Shown here: positions 1 to 13,000 of the stretch, in pieces
Numbering within the stretch: the stretch's first letter is position 1
Layout of the letters: each line of letters begins with the position of its first letter
Assembly: GCA_030141605.1 (NCBI GenBank)
Contig: JAQGDQ010001231.1
Coordinates: forward strand, 1-53,516
Reading direction: 5' to 3'
Source of the DNA: Tubiluchus corallicola
Lineage: Eukaryota > Animalia > Priapulida
Length of the DNA stretch: 53,516 bases
The notes under the pieces: model-generated
The model's database searches: none
The model's input: only the letters and a program-made list of their open reading frames with translations
What the model was told of the DNA's origin: nothing
Translations under genes and position numbers: made by a program

Positions 1-175
1 ATCCGGTGAAAGAACTAGAGTAAAAGAAAAAACAAATATTCTGATGAACGTTACGCTAACGAATATCAAATAATCATAACTAATCAGATAAAATTTCAAT
101 TTGCATTTTTAGATACAATCACACTTATGTCATCTGTATTTTAATTTATAGCAATTAGCAAATTATTACGTGACA

Positions 176-531
176 ACCTAGCCACTGGGGGGGGGGGGCA
201 AGCCAGCCCAACTCAGTGCCGGTCTACAGTGAGGCTTCCACAGTGAAAGTAGTGGAAGCCTCGAAAAAGATACAAGAGGCAAGATTGCGACGGTATGGAC
301 ACCTGAGAAGAAGAGTCGGTGAAGATCATGTGGGAAGGGAGGTCATGGAAATGGAAGTGCTGGGAAATAGAAGAAGAGGACGACCCAAGCGGAGATGGTT
401 TGAATGTATTAATGGAGACCTTAGAGAGAAGAACATAAATGAAGAGATGGTCAACAACAGGAATGCGTGGAGAAGACTCATTCACAACGGCGACCCCGCA
501 TAGGGAAAAACTGGGAAGAAGAAGAAGAAGA
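176..531 (+). mobile_element. Short RTE-clade LINE insertion (3' end of ORF plus GAA tail) with 19-bp target-site duplication
   Basis: ORF 216-503 has the RTE C-terminal pattern (LRRYGHL..R; G.RRRGRPKRRW; R..WRRLI). (GAA)n tail at about 515-531. Identical AGCAAATTATTACGTGACA at 157-175 and 532-550. Confidence 0.9.
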
Positions 532-1083
532 AGCAAATTATTACGTGACATTATAATATTATATTATGTAAAAATTACGTAATACTCAGTACAGTAACAA
601 AATGACCTTTTTATGGAAAAGTTTCTTTCTGTTTTATTTTTGATCTCACACGGAAAACCTAATTGAATCAACAATCATGCATTCCTAAAAAATTTACATT
701 TTCCAAAAAATTATCACTTTTTAATTCACATAGCAAAGAAGTCTAACAATATTGTTTTCTTAAAGTCTGACAATGCATTCAGACATTAGTATGATGCCTT
801 AGTCCTGCTATAATTTCCTAAATTTTTAGTGAATTGGTACTAAATTCTACAAATATATTTACAGAAAAATTGCTCACTTAATTATTTTTCGTCAGTTATT
901 GTAAGTGGTGGAAAAACCGACCAAATGAATGGTGTATAAACAACATTTGATTAAAATAGAATAAACCAATCATTGATATAATGATAACAGCTAATGTTTA
1001 CCTTTTTGAAACTAAGTGGCATGAAATACTAACTGCAACGAAATTACTTTTGAGACCGAACTTTCAGTGATCTAAAGACGTAC

Positions 1084-1288
1084 CGTTTACGGTGCTGTGT
1101 GGCTTTGCTTAAAAAAGGCTTTAGTGCTGCACGAGACGGATCGAACTGTACAGCTAAGTGTAGCAAGGTTTCAGCATCCAGGTATAACATTGTGTCCAAT
1201 ACGAGGGTCATATATTTGAAGGCTACATGGGGGTGAGCCAGCAGCTGCATGATGAGATCTGATGATGTCATACAGTGGATCAAAAACT
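1084..1288 (-). CDS. Isolated probable coding exon, protein unidentified (EFLIHCMTSSDLIMQLLAHPHVAF...)
   Basis: Open frame richer in GC than its flanks. Acceptor ttttttag at 1289-1290; donor GTACGT at 1083-1078 (alternative donor near 1047). No family recognised. Confidence 0.45.
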
Positions 1289-2111
1289 CTAAAAAATGCA
1301 AAATTAAACTTTGTTATAACAATATGATGATAAGGAGTGTGCTGTCAATTTGTCTTGCATAATTATGACTTTATGGTTAAGGTTACTTCTTAGATTTAAA
1401 GGAAAACAGGACCCAATGTGAAACTATGCCTCAAAACAATCTACTCTATAAAATACTGAAAAGGAATAAACAATTTTTTTAAGAATGACTTACATGAAAG
1501 AATTATAACCAAGCAAAATAATCCATTATTCTGCGTAACTTTGCATTTGTGTAGCTAGATCTTTGTGGTTATATGGGATTGCATGCATTTTGCCATTTGC
1601 TAGTCAGATGGGCACTAGCGTTTGCATCTCGGAAACACTCTCAGTTTAGAAGTGTGGTTGTGGCCTAGTGCACAAGTGTGAGAGCTCATGTGGGAGCACA
1701 GCAGTAAATTTGAAATTAGAATGTTAAACTTAACATAAGCCAACGTTTGTATATCACATTGAACATTGTACAGTAGCACTGTACTTCAATTTTTGCTTTC
1801 GTAACCACATACAACCTGCCCATGGAATGTTTGTGCTTTGAAAATTATATTCACAATCAATGTAACACAATTTGATCTGTAGTTAACAGCAAATTTTAGC
1901 AATACTGGACAATACAAATGGAAAAACATTAGTGAAGTTTACAACATGGTTCTCAAGGTTGAGTCATTAAAATATATTCAAAATAACTTTGATTTTTATT
2001 ATTATTCTTATTAGAAAATTATTATTAGGTTTTTTAGAAAAGCAATGTTCTAGACTGTAATAAGAAATTAAAGAAGCAAGATAACACAAACAGACAAACA
2101 AAAAAACTTAC

Positions 2112-2342
2112 GGCAGCTAGCTGTTCAGACAGCTCTTCTTTCGCTTGTTCTTGTTGTTGCTGTTGACACATACGCCTTTTCTCAATTATTTTCTCACTTG
2201 CCACATTTTCTGCTATCTTCTTTTCCTGTTCCAGTTCTTTAATGCGATCCTGTCGCTTTTGTTCTTTCTCACGGGCCATCAGGTGGTTCTGTTGCATTCG
2301 TGTTCTGGTATATCCCAACTGCAGTATCTTTCCCGTTTGCAT
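2112..2342 (-). CDS. Coiled-coil coding exon, probably the N-terminus of an MNS1-like ciliary/axonemal protein; gene continues left of the window
   Basis: Acceptor ttttatgttgcag at 2345-2346, ATG at 2342, 77 codons to a phase-0 GTAAGT donor. E/K/Q/R-rich helix (RQDRIKELEQEKKIAENVASEKIIEKRRM..EQ..EELSEQL) resembles the MNS1 N-terminus from memory. Confidence 0.5.
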
Positions 2343-2979
2343 GACTGCAACATAAAAAACTGGCACACGATCATTAAATAAAGTACAGTGGGAGCCGTTT
2401 ATTAGACTCACAGTTAATAGAATCAGTGGTCTAATTGACTCAGATACATCTGATACAGGTGCTCGTATGCAAATGTATAGAAAAACTATAGGCAGCTGAC
2501 ACAAATAACTCCGCATTAGTGACTCAATATTTTTGCTTCACATACTTAAAATAAGGCTAGTGTGTGACCAAAGAGCTTTTACTACTTTTGCGTACTATAA
2601 TATATGTAGAAAGATTGATGTTAAGTACCATTTTGTTTATAAGCAGGTTTATTTATCACGTGCTAATATGCTAGCACAGCAATTTTGTTTTCAATCTGTC
2701 ACCCACTCTTTTGCTGCAATTGAAGTCAATGCCCAAGAATTTATGGAAGGTAAACTTTTAATCACATGCATAGCTGTTTCGTTTTAAGGCTCTTATTGCT
2801 TTTCACAGAACATTTAATCAGTTAACTGTTGCTGTTATGCCAACGATGCATTGAGTAATCTGCCAGTATTCTTTGCAACTTTACAAGCACAGGCATTATA
2901 AAGCAACTAAGAGCAACAATTAAAATATCACAGCCTTAGCAATGCATACTATGACTGAAAAAGCAAAAAAAAATGTTTA

Positions 2980-3370
2980 AAACTGCTGCTGTAGTATATC
3001 TGAAAGAAAAAAGGGGAAAAATTATTAATACAAATTCTTCGGTGATTTTTTAATTTATAAAGCCATTGTACTAAAAAGGATACAATCACATGGAAACAAC
3101 ACAGAAACACAGCAAGTAAGAAATACAAGTGATCGAAAAACATAAGTGAATATAAAATCCGCCTGTGATTGTGGTCTGTAACTTTAAACATCACGGTTTC
3201 TTATTTGTGTTTCTTATTTGCTACATTATTCCTGAGTTATTCCCATGAGGGCTGTATCCCTTTTAGTGTGATGGCTTTATAAATTAAAAAAAATCACTAA
3301 AGAATAAGAATTAGTAATTTTATGTGACCTTCCCCCTTTTTCACCCAAATATAAACTCGGCAGCAGTTGT
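2980..3370. repeat. Degenerate fold-back inverted repeat (MITE-like)
   Basis: Arm about 2980-3135 (..gtgattttttaatttataaagccat..taagaaatacaa) is the imperfect reverse complement of about 3200-3370 (ttgtgtttcttat..atggctttataaattaaaaaaaatcac..). Confidence 0.65.
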
Positions 3371-3925
3371 GGGATTTTTCATTTATTGTCATGATTTTTG
3401 TCATAAAGAACTAAATTTGCATAAATTTTCTACAGTAAAATGGTCCTTTTATAACATATTCAGAAAAATCTTTGGTTAAGCAGGATAGCTGCTTTATAAA
3501 TAATTCTATTAAAAATGTTTATAAAAACTGGTCCTAAAAATTAATATGAGCAAATGTTAATTGGAAAAAATTGCATCATGACCAGCCTAATGATGTAAAA
3601 GTAAAATAATAGGTCCTAACAGGTAGGTTAAATAACTTGAGAACTTACTGCTTACTGAAAATGTGTGAAATTACTACTATTATTAGATCTCGAAGTCTGA
3701 AACTAACTAATTTGCATAGCACATTGTATTGCAATGATAATTCTCTATGGACTATGATAGTTTCGAATATCATCAGCAAGTTGATCTAGTCATAGGTTCT
3801 TTTTTTCCCAATTTAAAGTTTCGATCGCAGTATTTAATCTTATATATTTTCATATAATAGCATAATTTCCTCAATAGCAACAAAACTCTTCATTCAACAA
3901 GTCAAGTCGGCTGTTTACTGTTTAC

Positions 3926-3940
3926 GTTTACTATGGTAAC
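3926..3940 (-). promoter_or_regulatory. RFX X-box-like motif upstream of the MNS1-like exon
   Basis: Minus strand reads GTTACCATAGTAAAC, close to the consensus GTTRCCATRGYAAC. Consistent with a ciliary gene promoter. Confidence 0.4.
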
Positions 3941-4539
3941 TGCCTATTGTCAAAATACGAAACGCCGAAAAATAAACGGAATAATATTATTACATTTGAA
4001 GAGCAGTTGCTATTGGTATAACAATATTTATTGCTACAAGTCATCTGCACGTAATTTAATTTCTCTCTTTATTTATAAGTAGCTTGTACTGTACACATCA
4101 GCATTATTATCGATGTATTTCTGTTTATTTCGATTCGTCAACACGTCAAAGTCCAGCAGCGCCAAGTCATTATAGCGGACAGACGCCTTGCCATTTTTTG
4201 TTACTGTAGTTTCGTTTTGGTATCTATTTTCTGCAATTATTTGTTTCGAAACGCTTTTATTGGTAAAGGTTTATTTATCAATCTGTTTTTTCTGGTTTCT
4301 ACCCTGTCTGTTTGGTGGGTCATGTTGACCACGTGGATTTTACCTGTGATGTACCGGGTGAAGCTATCTAGCTTTTTGCCCGTAGTTTTCTCAATCTTAA
4401 GTACTAACTAGTTACATGTGCAAACATCTCTAGTTAGTTCGCTAGTTGTCTGGTGGTGGCATGTGCAATGCCTGTACTGTAGTGTCCTCTCAGGCTGAAA
4501 GGCGTTATGGTATTTTTCTGGATGATGCCCACGCCATTA

Positions 4540-4690
4540 GTCAAGTTGTCTTTTTAAGTGGTGGGGACGCCTTGCATTTTTAACATGTGTACCCGACTTG
4601 TTCCAATCATTGATGACTCGGAAAATGAAACAGTTTTTGTTGTTGCATCTAGGTTTACTGATCTTGATTTTGACTGTGATCGTTCTAACA
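4540..4690 (-). mobile_element. Decayed CR1-type LINE 3' fragment
   Basis: Translation KISKPRC..KNCFIFRVINDWN matches the CR1 ORF2 C-terminal motif (FF..RV.N.WN). Confidence 0.5.
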
Positions 4691-7030
4691 ATTAGGACAT
4701 TATGTGACCTTTTTCTGTTTTTCATACTATACTGTATACATTTTGATTAAACACCACGTTGAACTGAGCAATTTATTTAATTTAAGTGACTAGTTTTCAG
4801 TGACTGCTAGTCATGGTCCCCTGGTCAGTATAAATTTACTGGTGGATATTATTTTCATGATCAGAACCATGTAATCAAAAGATAAATTTCGCATAATCAC
4901 GCATGGAAGTTTTCCAAACTTTATCACCAGTGTTCCGAGAACTTAGTTTAAGCATAGCGGATATCTGAGAGAATAACTTGACATACAAAAAAATGAAAAT
5001 TGAAAATTTTAAACACGGAAATATTGTTGACATTAAAACAAACACACAAAGCTCACTTTGCTCCACCATCAGGCCTGATGTCTGATAAGGAAACAGTTAT
5101 GTTGCAGTATAAAATAATTCTGCTTGCTATGCATGTTTTCTACATCACAGAAATTATATATTAAGCAAGTGTGACTCAGTAGTTTTCATAAAATCACATT
5201 TTTTTCTGATGAGCAAAAAATTCTCTTTCACGCGCAAATAAGCTTTTAATCCTGCAGTTAACTTCAAAACTTTGTGGTAATTAAATTTCAGGAAACTTTG
5301 TAAAAAATGTGACTCCGCCTCAGTATTCTTTGATTATAAAGCAGTAAGATCTAATAAGGTTCCCAAATTTGATATCAGCTGAAAGAGTGTTTTCTTGTCT
5401 GTAAGAACGTATATTTTGTCTGAAATTAGTATTTTTTACTTTGTGAAATCTGTCGATAAATCTAAAAAAGGACCAAACTTTCCAGTAAATCGAGCATTTT
5501 TGTAATTACATCAATTAGAAGCAGGTATGCTATGTTCGTGCTGGGGTGTTTACTATAAGTACTGATGAATTTAGAGTGCAACCATTTTGCAAAATGGACT
5601 AAAATTTGAAGTAAAAGTACATTTTTTGCTCCCTAGTTCTCTTTCTAAAATGTATATTTAAAATAATATTACAGAACACTTAACTTCCCACCTGTTTCTC
5701 AATGTTCTGTTCCCAGACAATACTGCACTGTCTGTAACAGCACATCGGCATTTCTGCTTTCTGGAGAGGGGTGGGTAGGTTTTAAAAAGCGCTTTACTAT
5801 GTTTTGTTAGGTATAAGCAAAGCTGGTATAAAACTACATAAATTTCAAATGTTTTCACACCAAACATTATTTTAATTAAGTTCTAAAAACTCTATACCCA
5901 TTGGTTCTGTTGTACAAAAATATCCTCACGATTTGTGCTTACTGTGCACATGATAGGGACGTTGCGCTACCGCGTTTTCTGTTGGCTGTTTTTTCAGATA
6001 AACGTGTTCAGAGCGCCTTCAGTGCTCGTACCAGTTTAGGTGAGAGTTGATTTGAGTATAGCATATATTATTTTAACCATGATCCTGATTATCGGAAGAA
6101 TATTAATTTTTTGATGACTTGTGCACTGCAATGTTCGCAGTTTCAACAATCGGAACACGGGAACAGTATCTCGCAAATACAGGATTCCTATCATCGGAAC
6201 AATATCCACTTCCATAAATTTATAATTAGTATTTCGATATTGATGTGTGCTGTTATTATATTTAATTTACCTAATTCAATAAAATAGCATGTCCATCATC
6301 AAGTGTTTTTGATTTTGGTACAACCCACTATATCAAAAGTTGCTGCAAAAATAAACACAGAAAATACCAAGCTTGAAAAGTTCTAGGGAAAACACAAATT
6401 AAGGCCGCCGTCAATAAAAAGTACTTAGAACTGTTTCCGTCTGCTCGCCTAGGTAATTTTTTTATCGTGTATCTGGTTGGAATTTTTACAATTTTTTTTT
6501 CGTGCACTGATGTACCTGGCGCAGTCACGTAAAAGCATATTTTTTAATTCAAAATGTAAAATGCAATAATCGTTGTTTTGGCAAGGATGCAGCCATGTTT
6601 CTCTACAGCTTACACTCGGCATTTCTCACTAGATTGTTATTCATGCTGAGCAGTGTTGCCATTTATACCATAATTATCGGAACATTCGATAATTTATGCG
6701 ATAATTTGGCAATGCGAAACAAAAAACTGAAAGTTAAAGCATAAAGAAATGTGGAATGAACAAATTCAGAATATTACTGCTAATCAGTGGGAAATAAACA
6801 ATTTGATTTCAACTGAATTTAAATGTTTCACGATTCATCCTTAAAAGTCTGCAAAGCTTCAAAAAAAATTTTCCTCCTCCTTTCTGACATTTTTTGAGCT
6901 CATGAGGTAAGTTACAACCAGTACTACGATTTTGTTTTCTTTGGGGTGGCTTTTCCTGCATGTGACCATTTAATTTTTAAGTGTTTTGCTTATTACTAGC
7001 CTTATGTTTCTAGGGACATATTTTGTGAAA

Positions 7031-10000
7031 ATGGCACAGATTTCGCAGGCACCAGCAATCGGCAAGCTCATATTAAAAAGCACATCAAAGATGTCTTTAA
7101 ATGATCGGTGAGAATTATAAACTTGTCCGGAGGCATTTAAAATCTTATGGATGAGAACTTCCTAAATTCCTTTAACACTGGTTTTCAACATGTAACTTTT
7201 CAGTTGGAGTTATTGGCATGTCTGGTCACTCAATGTCCAGGTGTGGTGATTTCGGTGTCAGCCACATCCATAAGAGGCATGTGAGTGACTATTATGTCTA
7301 TCATTCATGTCCAAACGGGTCGTTGTAAGAGGCATGGAGGTAGCATATATAAATGTTTAACTCCACTTTGCCAAATGCACGGCTTGAAGACGTTCATTTT
7401 GGGATGATATGAGTGTGAATTAATTATGGCATAATTTCAGTTTGACTTATGAAAATGCAGTATGTTAGTGAGAGAAAGTGTGGTAGATGGCACAGTAAGC
7501 ATTTTTTGAAAGAGGGTTAATGTTACAATTAAACTTTAATTGGACAGTGAATGTGATACATTACACTTGTCCATGTTCGATTTTTGTAGTGTGCATGATC
7601 TTGGTGTTTTCATGAAAGTGAATGTATAATGCCAATATATCAGGTTGAACTGTGCAGCAAAATTTTGTATCTAATATTGTGACGTGGCCCATGACTACAG
7701 TAATTAATGCAGTGCACAGTGAAAAAACTATATATATATATTGTATCTGTGATTAAATTATATGTTGGTATGAATCCAGAAAAGACTGAGATAAAAGGTA
7801 AAAAAATAGACTTTTACGAGGGTGGCACAGACATGAATCTATGAAATATACAAGGTGAAAGATGTTGCAATTAGAGATCTTTTGGAAGATGGGGGGTGGG
7901 ACATACAGTTAGAAGGGGGAAAGAAAGGAAGAGAAACCTGAAAATAAAAGCACATATATGAGATCTGTTCAGATAATGTAATGGAATAAACTAGCTACAT
8001 GCAGCATTTACACTCTTTTGGTTTAACTAAATACATTAATGATTAATGAGGAAAGATTTGCACTACATTTTGCAGTGCATTTCTGAAAAAAATGCACATG
8101 AGTGTACCCAATACTACTTGTTCTAAAAAGTGCTAATATTCAGATTTAGCACAACATGTTATGTTTTAAAATTCTCGCCACTTCAAGATTCTCAAATATT
8201 CGGAATAATGTGCCTGCTTCACGTCCAACGTCAGTGCAAATGGTGAGGTCGAATCTCCAGCAGCAACATGCAGCATCAGCCAAAAATCGGCGGCTTGCTC
8301 AACAGATGGAGAATAGGCCTGCAGTTAAAGCAGCTTTAAAGTTGAATCAAGGGGTAAGCTGACGTTGTTTACATATATTTGCAATTTAATTAAAACATTA
8401 AAATGTAGCTAATATTGAAGTTTTATTCATAGCTTTTTGTCATTTGGTTTTTAAATTCGCGAAGGCATGTTTTTACCTGATAAAGATGAATTTTTGCACA
8501 AGTCTGATTGGCAAACTGCCAGCCTTATCTGATGTTTTTGCTCATGTAACAGAATGTAGAACTTTTGATAAGTTTTTCGAAACTTCTGTAATTTTCCAAT
8601 TTTTTAATGCTTCATTTTAATACCGGAAGAAAATTTAACTGATTTTTAATAATCTAAAGGTTTTTTGGATTTTCTAGTAGTAGCAGGTTGGAATATAAAC
8701 GGTACTAGAGTAGTGTTTATTGTGTGGATTAGATTATGTTTTCCTCACTAAAACACAAAAACATAAAATAAAAATGCCATAGCAAGTACTTATTTATGGA
8801 AATGACAACATGATATGAAAGTGACTAGTTTAATAGAAATAGTTTGTAGATAACATTACAGCCTGGTTACTTATACAGTGTCTATTTTAGATCAGAAATA
8901 AAGTCATTTTGCCTACACATTTGGAAGTATTATTCTGATTTGATCTACAGTATGCATACGTGGAGACAGTTGTATGGATAAGTGACATAACATGTATTTC
9001 AAAGTAGGAAAAATCAATTTTATATACCATGGGATGACAAAACTTGTTCTTACATGATTCAGGCCCATTTAAATGCTTTCTTGCTTATGATATAAAGAAA
9101 ACGAACAGCCCTCGAAGTTTTCTGTATGTTAAACTACTCATCCCCTGAGGTTTTTACTTGGCTGCAAAGCTATTCAACACGGTGTATAATTTAAACTGGT
9201 TTTGCTGTAGCAAGCAATTGTAAACTGCAAAAGAGAAAAATGTGTGTTGCTTTAACTTCAAACCGCTCTGCAAGTTTCAACCAGATCGGTAGATGAATAA
9301 GCATCTGTATACTTTTTCAACCATGTCCGTGGATGAATAAGCATCTGTATACTTTTTGGAATTATCTACAACTACGAGTACACTTTAAAATTGTCTGACA
9401 ATTGTTAGAGATTTAAACAAATTAAGCCATTTGACAGTGTTTCTACTGTACTTTGAGAATTAACCCCTACAAGGATAAGGTTTTATTTGCAATTTTTAAT
9501 TTACATTTCCCAAATATTTTTTTTTGGTGTGAAATTAAATAGTTTCATGGATATTTTCTTTTCACTTAGTAGATTGAAAATATTTGAAGCCCAGCAAAAT
9601 AAATGCAACTGTTGTAACATGTAACTTATTATTTTTGATTTTTTGGCAAGCTTTAATTTGTGTTTGCCACTACATTTTTGGATAGGTTATCACTATGAAC
9701 AATGAACATATAGCCACATAATTTCAACACGTGTAAAAGATGTGATGGTATTCAGTGGTAGTTCATTGTTTCTTTGTGTATTATTTCTGAGCCAATTTTT
9801 TTTATTGTTGCAGTCTAATACAGTGCAGCAGCGGTTAGGTAACCGTCGTGGATCTGTGAGATCAAGGTTGGGCAGATCATTTCGTGGAGGAACAATTCGG
9901 GGTGATTTTTAACAGTTTGGTTTTTGTGAAAGCTGTATATTCGAGTGAAAGGTTTAAAAGACTTGCATCTTTAGTTTTCTGTGGAAATTTTTGATTTGTA

Positions 10001-13000
10001 ATAGGGTAGCACATGTTTTGATATAAGAACCAGTTAGGCTAGTGACAGGTTGTCTTTCAGTCTTTTATTAAGTATCTTGTCGAATTTTAGGCCATTACTA
10101 CTATAATTGTGAGATTTGCAAAGTTGCAGTACCTACTATTTCACATTCGTGTAACTTACATTAAAGCTTATGCATTCTTTAATTTGAATATTACACAAGC
10201 TTATTTGTATAACCTAGTGCTTTTTGAAAGAGATATGTTTTGAAATGCTTGAAAAATTTGTATTTCATTAATATGCTATTTTGCAGGTGGTAGAGGTAAT
10301 AATCCGTCCAGAGGTAATCAAGGTACTGCAAAAGGAGTCTTTCGTGGAATGGTGGTTTATAGGGGTGGAGGACGTTTTCAGAGGGGCGGTCAAACACAGC
10401 AGCGTGGGTGGCGTACTCAGCGCGGGGGACTCAGTCAGCGTGGTAGAGGTAGAAATCAGGGTTCTAATTTTTCACAGCAGAATCGAAGAGGTAACTGAAT
10501 ATCAGTGGCTAATGATTATTTCCTTTTGTGTAACTAAAAAGTGCAAACACTGCTATATGATTTACTATCTTGTGTCATAGACTAAATAACCTACATTATG
10601 GACTAGCATTATTAAGTATATATATGACCCATTTAAGAACACAACGAAAAAAGTAAAATACATTTCCAAGCTAATATATTGGTGATGTCCAATAATTTTA
10701 GTCACGTAATGCATACTTCATTGTCAAGTCCATATGCAGTCTTAAATTCCATGTGAAATCTCTAGCTTTATTTAGATAAAAAATCGATCTAAAGAGTAAA
10801 ATGAAAATAAGTGGAAAAGTCTATTATAGATTCCTGTAGTATTCACTTTTAATCTTCAGTGATGATGTGATGACTAATGATATTCACTTACTTGCCTGTT
10901 CGCAAATTAAGGTCATGGTCTTAATTTGAAAAGATCACCAAAACTGGGCACTACGGTGTAGCATTTTTGCTAGCTGGCTCTTATCCTAACGTCTTTTCCC
11001 AAATACTGTTTTCTGAAAATGTGTTTAATGTATACCCTGCCACACATAAGTGGCCAGCCATCTGTCCATGCGACAAAAAATCAAGTTAATTAAATTCCTT
11101 GATGCATTTTATAGGATGACTTTTTATTTATTGGAAGTCACATTGCTGCTACTATAGCTACTGAATTTTCAAACTTACACGCTTTCTCTAGAATAAGCTC
11201 AGTTTTGTTATATAACTCAATGATTAAGCCCACTTCACAAAACAAAACATTTTGCAGTGCTTACTGGATGGCTTATATTGTATTGGTAACTTACTTAATA
11301 TATTACTATATTTTTCTAGATTAACATTTTCATTATTAACACTGATTCCTAACTGCTTGACATCATATATAAGTGGCACATCTTTTGGTGATCTTTAACC
11401 AAGTCCTGCCAATCGTCTTTTTCTAATGACCTGCTTTTATCTATCCATTTTTATACATCTGTTAGATAATACAAGTGCTGGTTAATTTTTTTCTTGTAAC
11501 CATTTGGTTTTTTGTAATTTCTAGTAAAAGTTGTTTCTTAAATAAGTTTGTTTCATTTTTAGGTTGGCTTTAATTATCTTACAACTCTGATTTTCCAAAC
11601 ATGTTCAAGCTTTAACAAAAAGATATTATTCAAATTCAAAACTTATGAAATATCTAGTGTGCTTTCTCTTTTATAGTTATATAGTCTTATAGTTGTGTTT
11701 ATGCCTTTAATACAGCTTAGATGAGTAAAAACGGAAGTCAACTGCTGTTTCAGAAGCATTATTGTTACATGCAGCCACCAAACTCAATGCATCACTAGGA
11801 AAGTTTTTAAGTTTTTGACTTACTGTTAACTTTGAATTGAGTCGTTTGCCCTCTTACTATTTTAACATTTTGTAAATGTAATTGACGCTATAAATTGCTT
11901 TGAGTACACTGTTCAACAAAGAAGTTTCTACAATTTTATTTTATTGCCATTGCATTTTGTTGTTTAGCTCACTGTCAAGTCATAATTAACAGACAATTGC
12001 TCCATTCTTTCTTTCTCTGCAACACTGAGACAGGCATTTCTGACATGGATTCTCCCTGTTAAATAAATAAAAAGAGTGACTGAGTGAAATAATATCTTTA
12101 ATTTTTAAAAGATGAGTGTCTGCATCTCTTAAATATTAGAGTTACATACACACACATGTGTGTTTCTGGCATTTTTCAATTGTTTTTCCTTATTATCTGT
12201 ATGGGCACACTTCAAATGCTTCAGTTATCCAGTAATAATAGAGAAATTTGTTAGTCCCAAAAAGCGGTTATACATGTATATTAAGGTAAGTTAACAGAAA
12301 GGCTGAGAATAAAATACAAGCGTTTTTAACTTTTGATAACAAAGTTCAGAAAAAAATAATTTTCGCATTTTTAAAGGCAAAGTTTAGTTTATTTCATTTT
12401 ATTTTTGGACAAAACTTCTTTTGTTATTTCTTAGTAACTTACAAGCACACTTCTCTGTCTGCATCACAGTCATCACAGGGGTCGTTCTTGCATTTCACAT
12501 TGCCGTAATCATTGCGGTTGCATTGCGATTGTTGCTGGTTTCTTATTCTCCTCAGTCTTCCTGAAAAAAGGTTTCAACTTTGATTTCAGTGCTGACAGGA
12601 GAATTTTGTTTGAAATCAGTTTTTCTTTGAAAGGGGGGGGAGTATTTTTAATTTTAGACATCTGTGATGTGTTTTTATGCTAAAACATTTAACTTAGTAT
12701 AGTTGCACAGCTTGCACTTATATAAAAAGTGTCGATAGGCTTTATTTTACGTATACATGTATACTGGGATAATAACGTGTGTTGCATAAAGATCTGATTT
12801 AGCCATTTGCCAATTTATCTGGACATTGTCCATACCTCAGATCCACCAATTTTTACACAAATTTTTTACCAAAGTTTTTATGATCAGGATAAACAGGAAA
12901 CGATTAAGAAATTATTGTAAGTTAAGACTAAATATTTGTAACTTACTGCGACGTCGTCTGCGCTGTTGTCGGTTCTGCTGTCGGTTCTGCTGCCGGTTCT

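Noticed and set aside
10281-10580. 99-aa Val-rich ORF (also 16331-16594)
   Set aside because: Alternative frames of RG-rich CHTOP exons.
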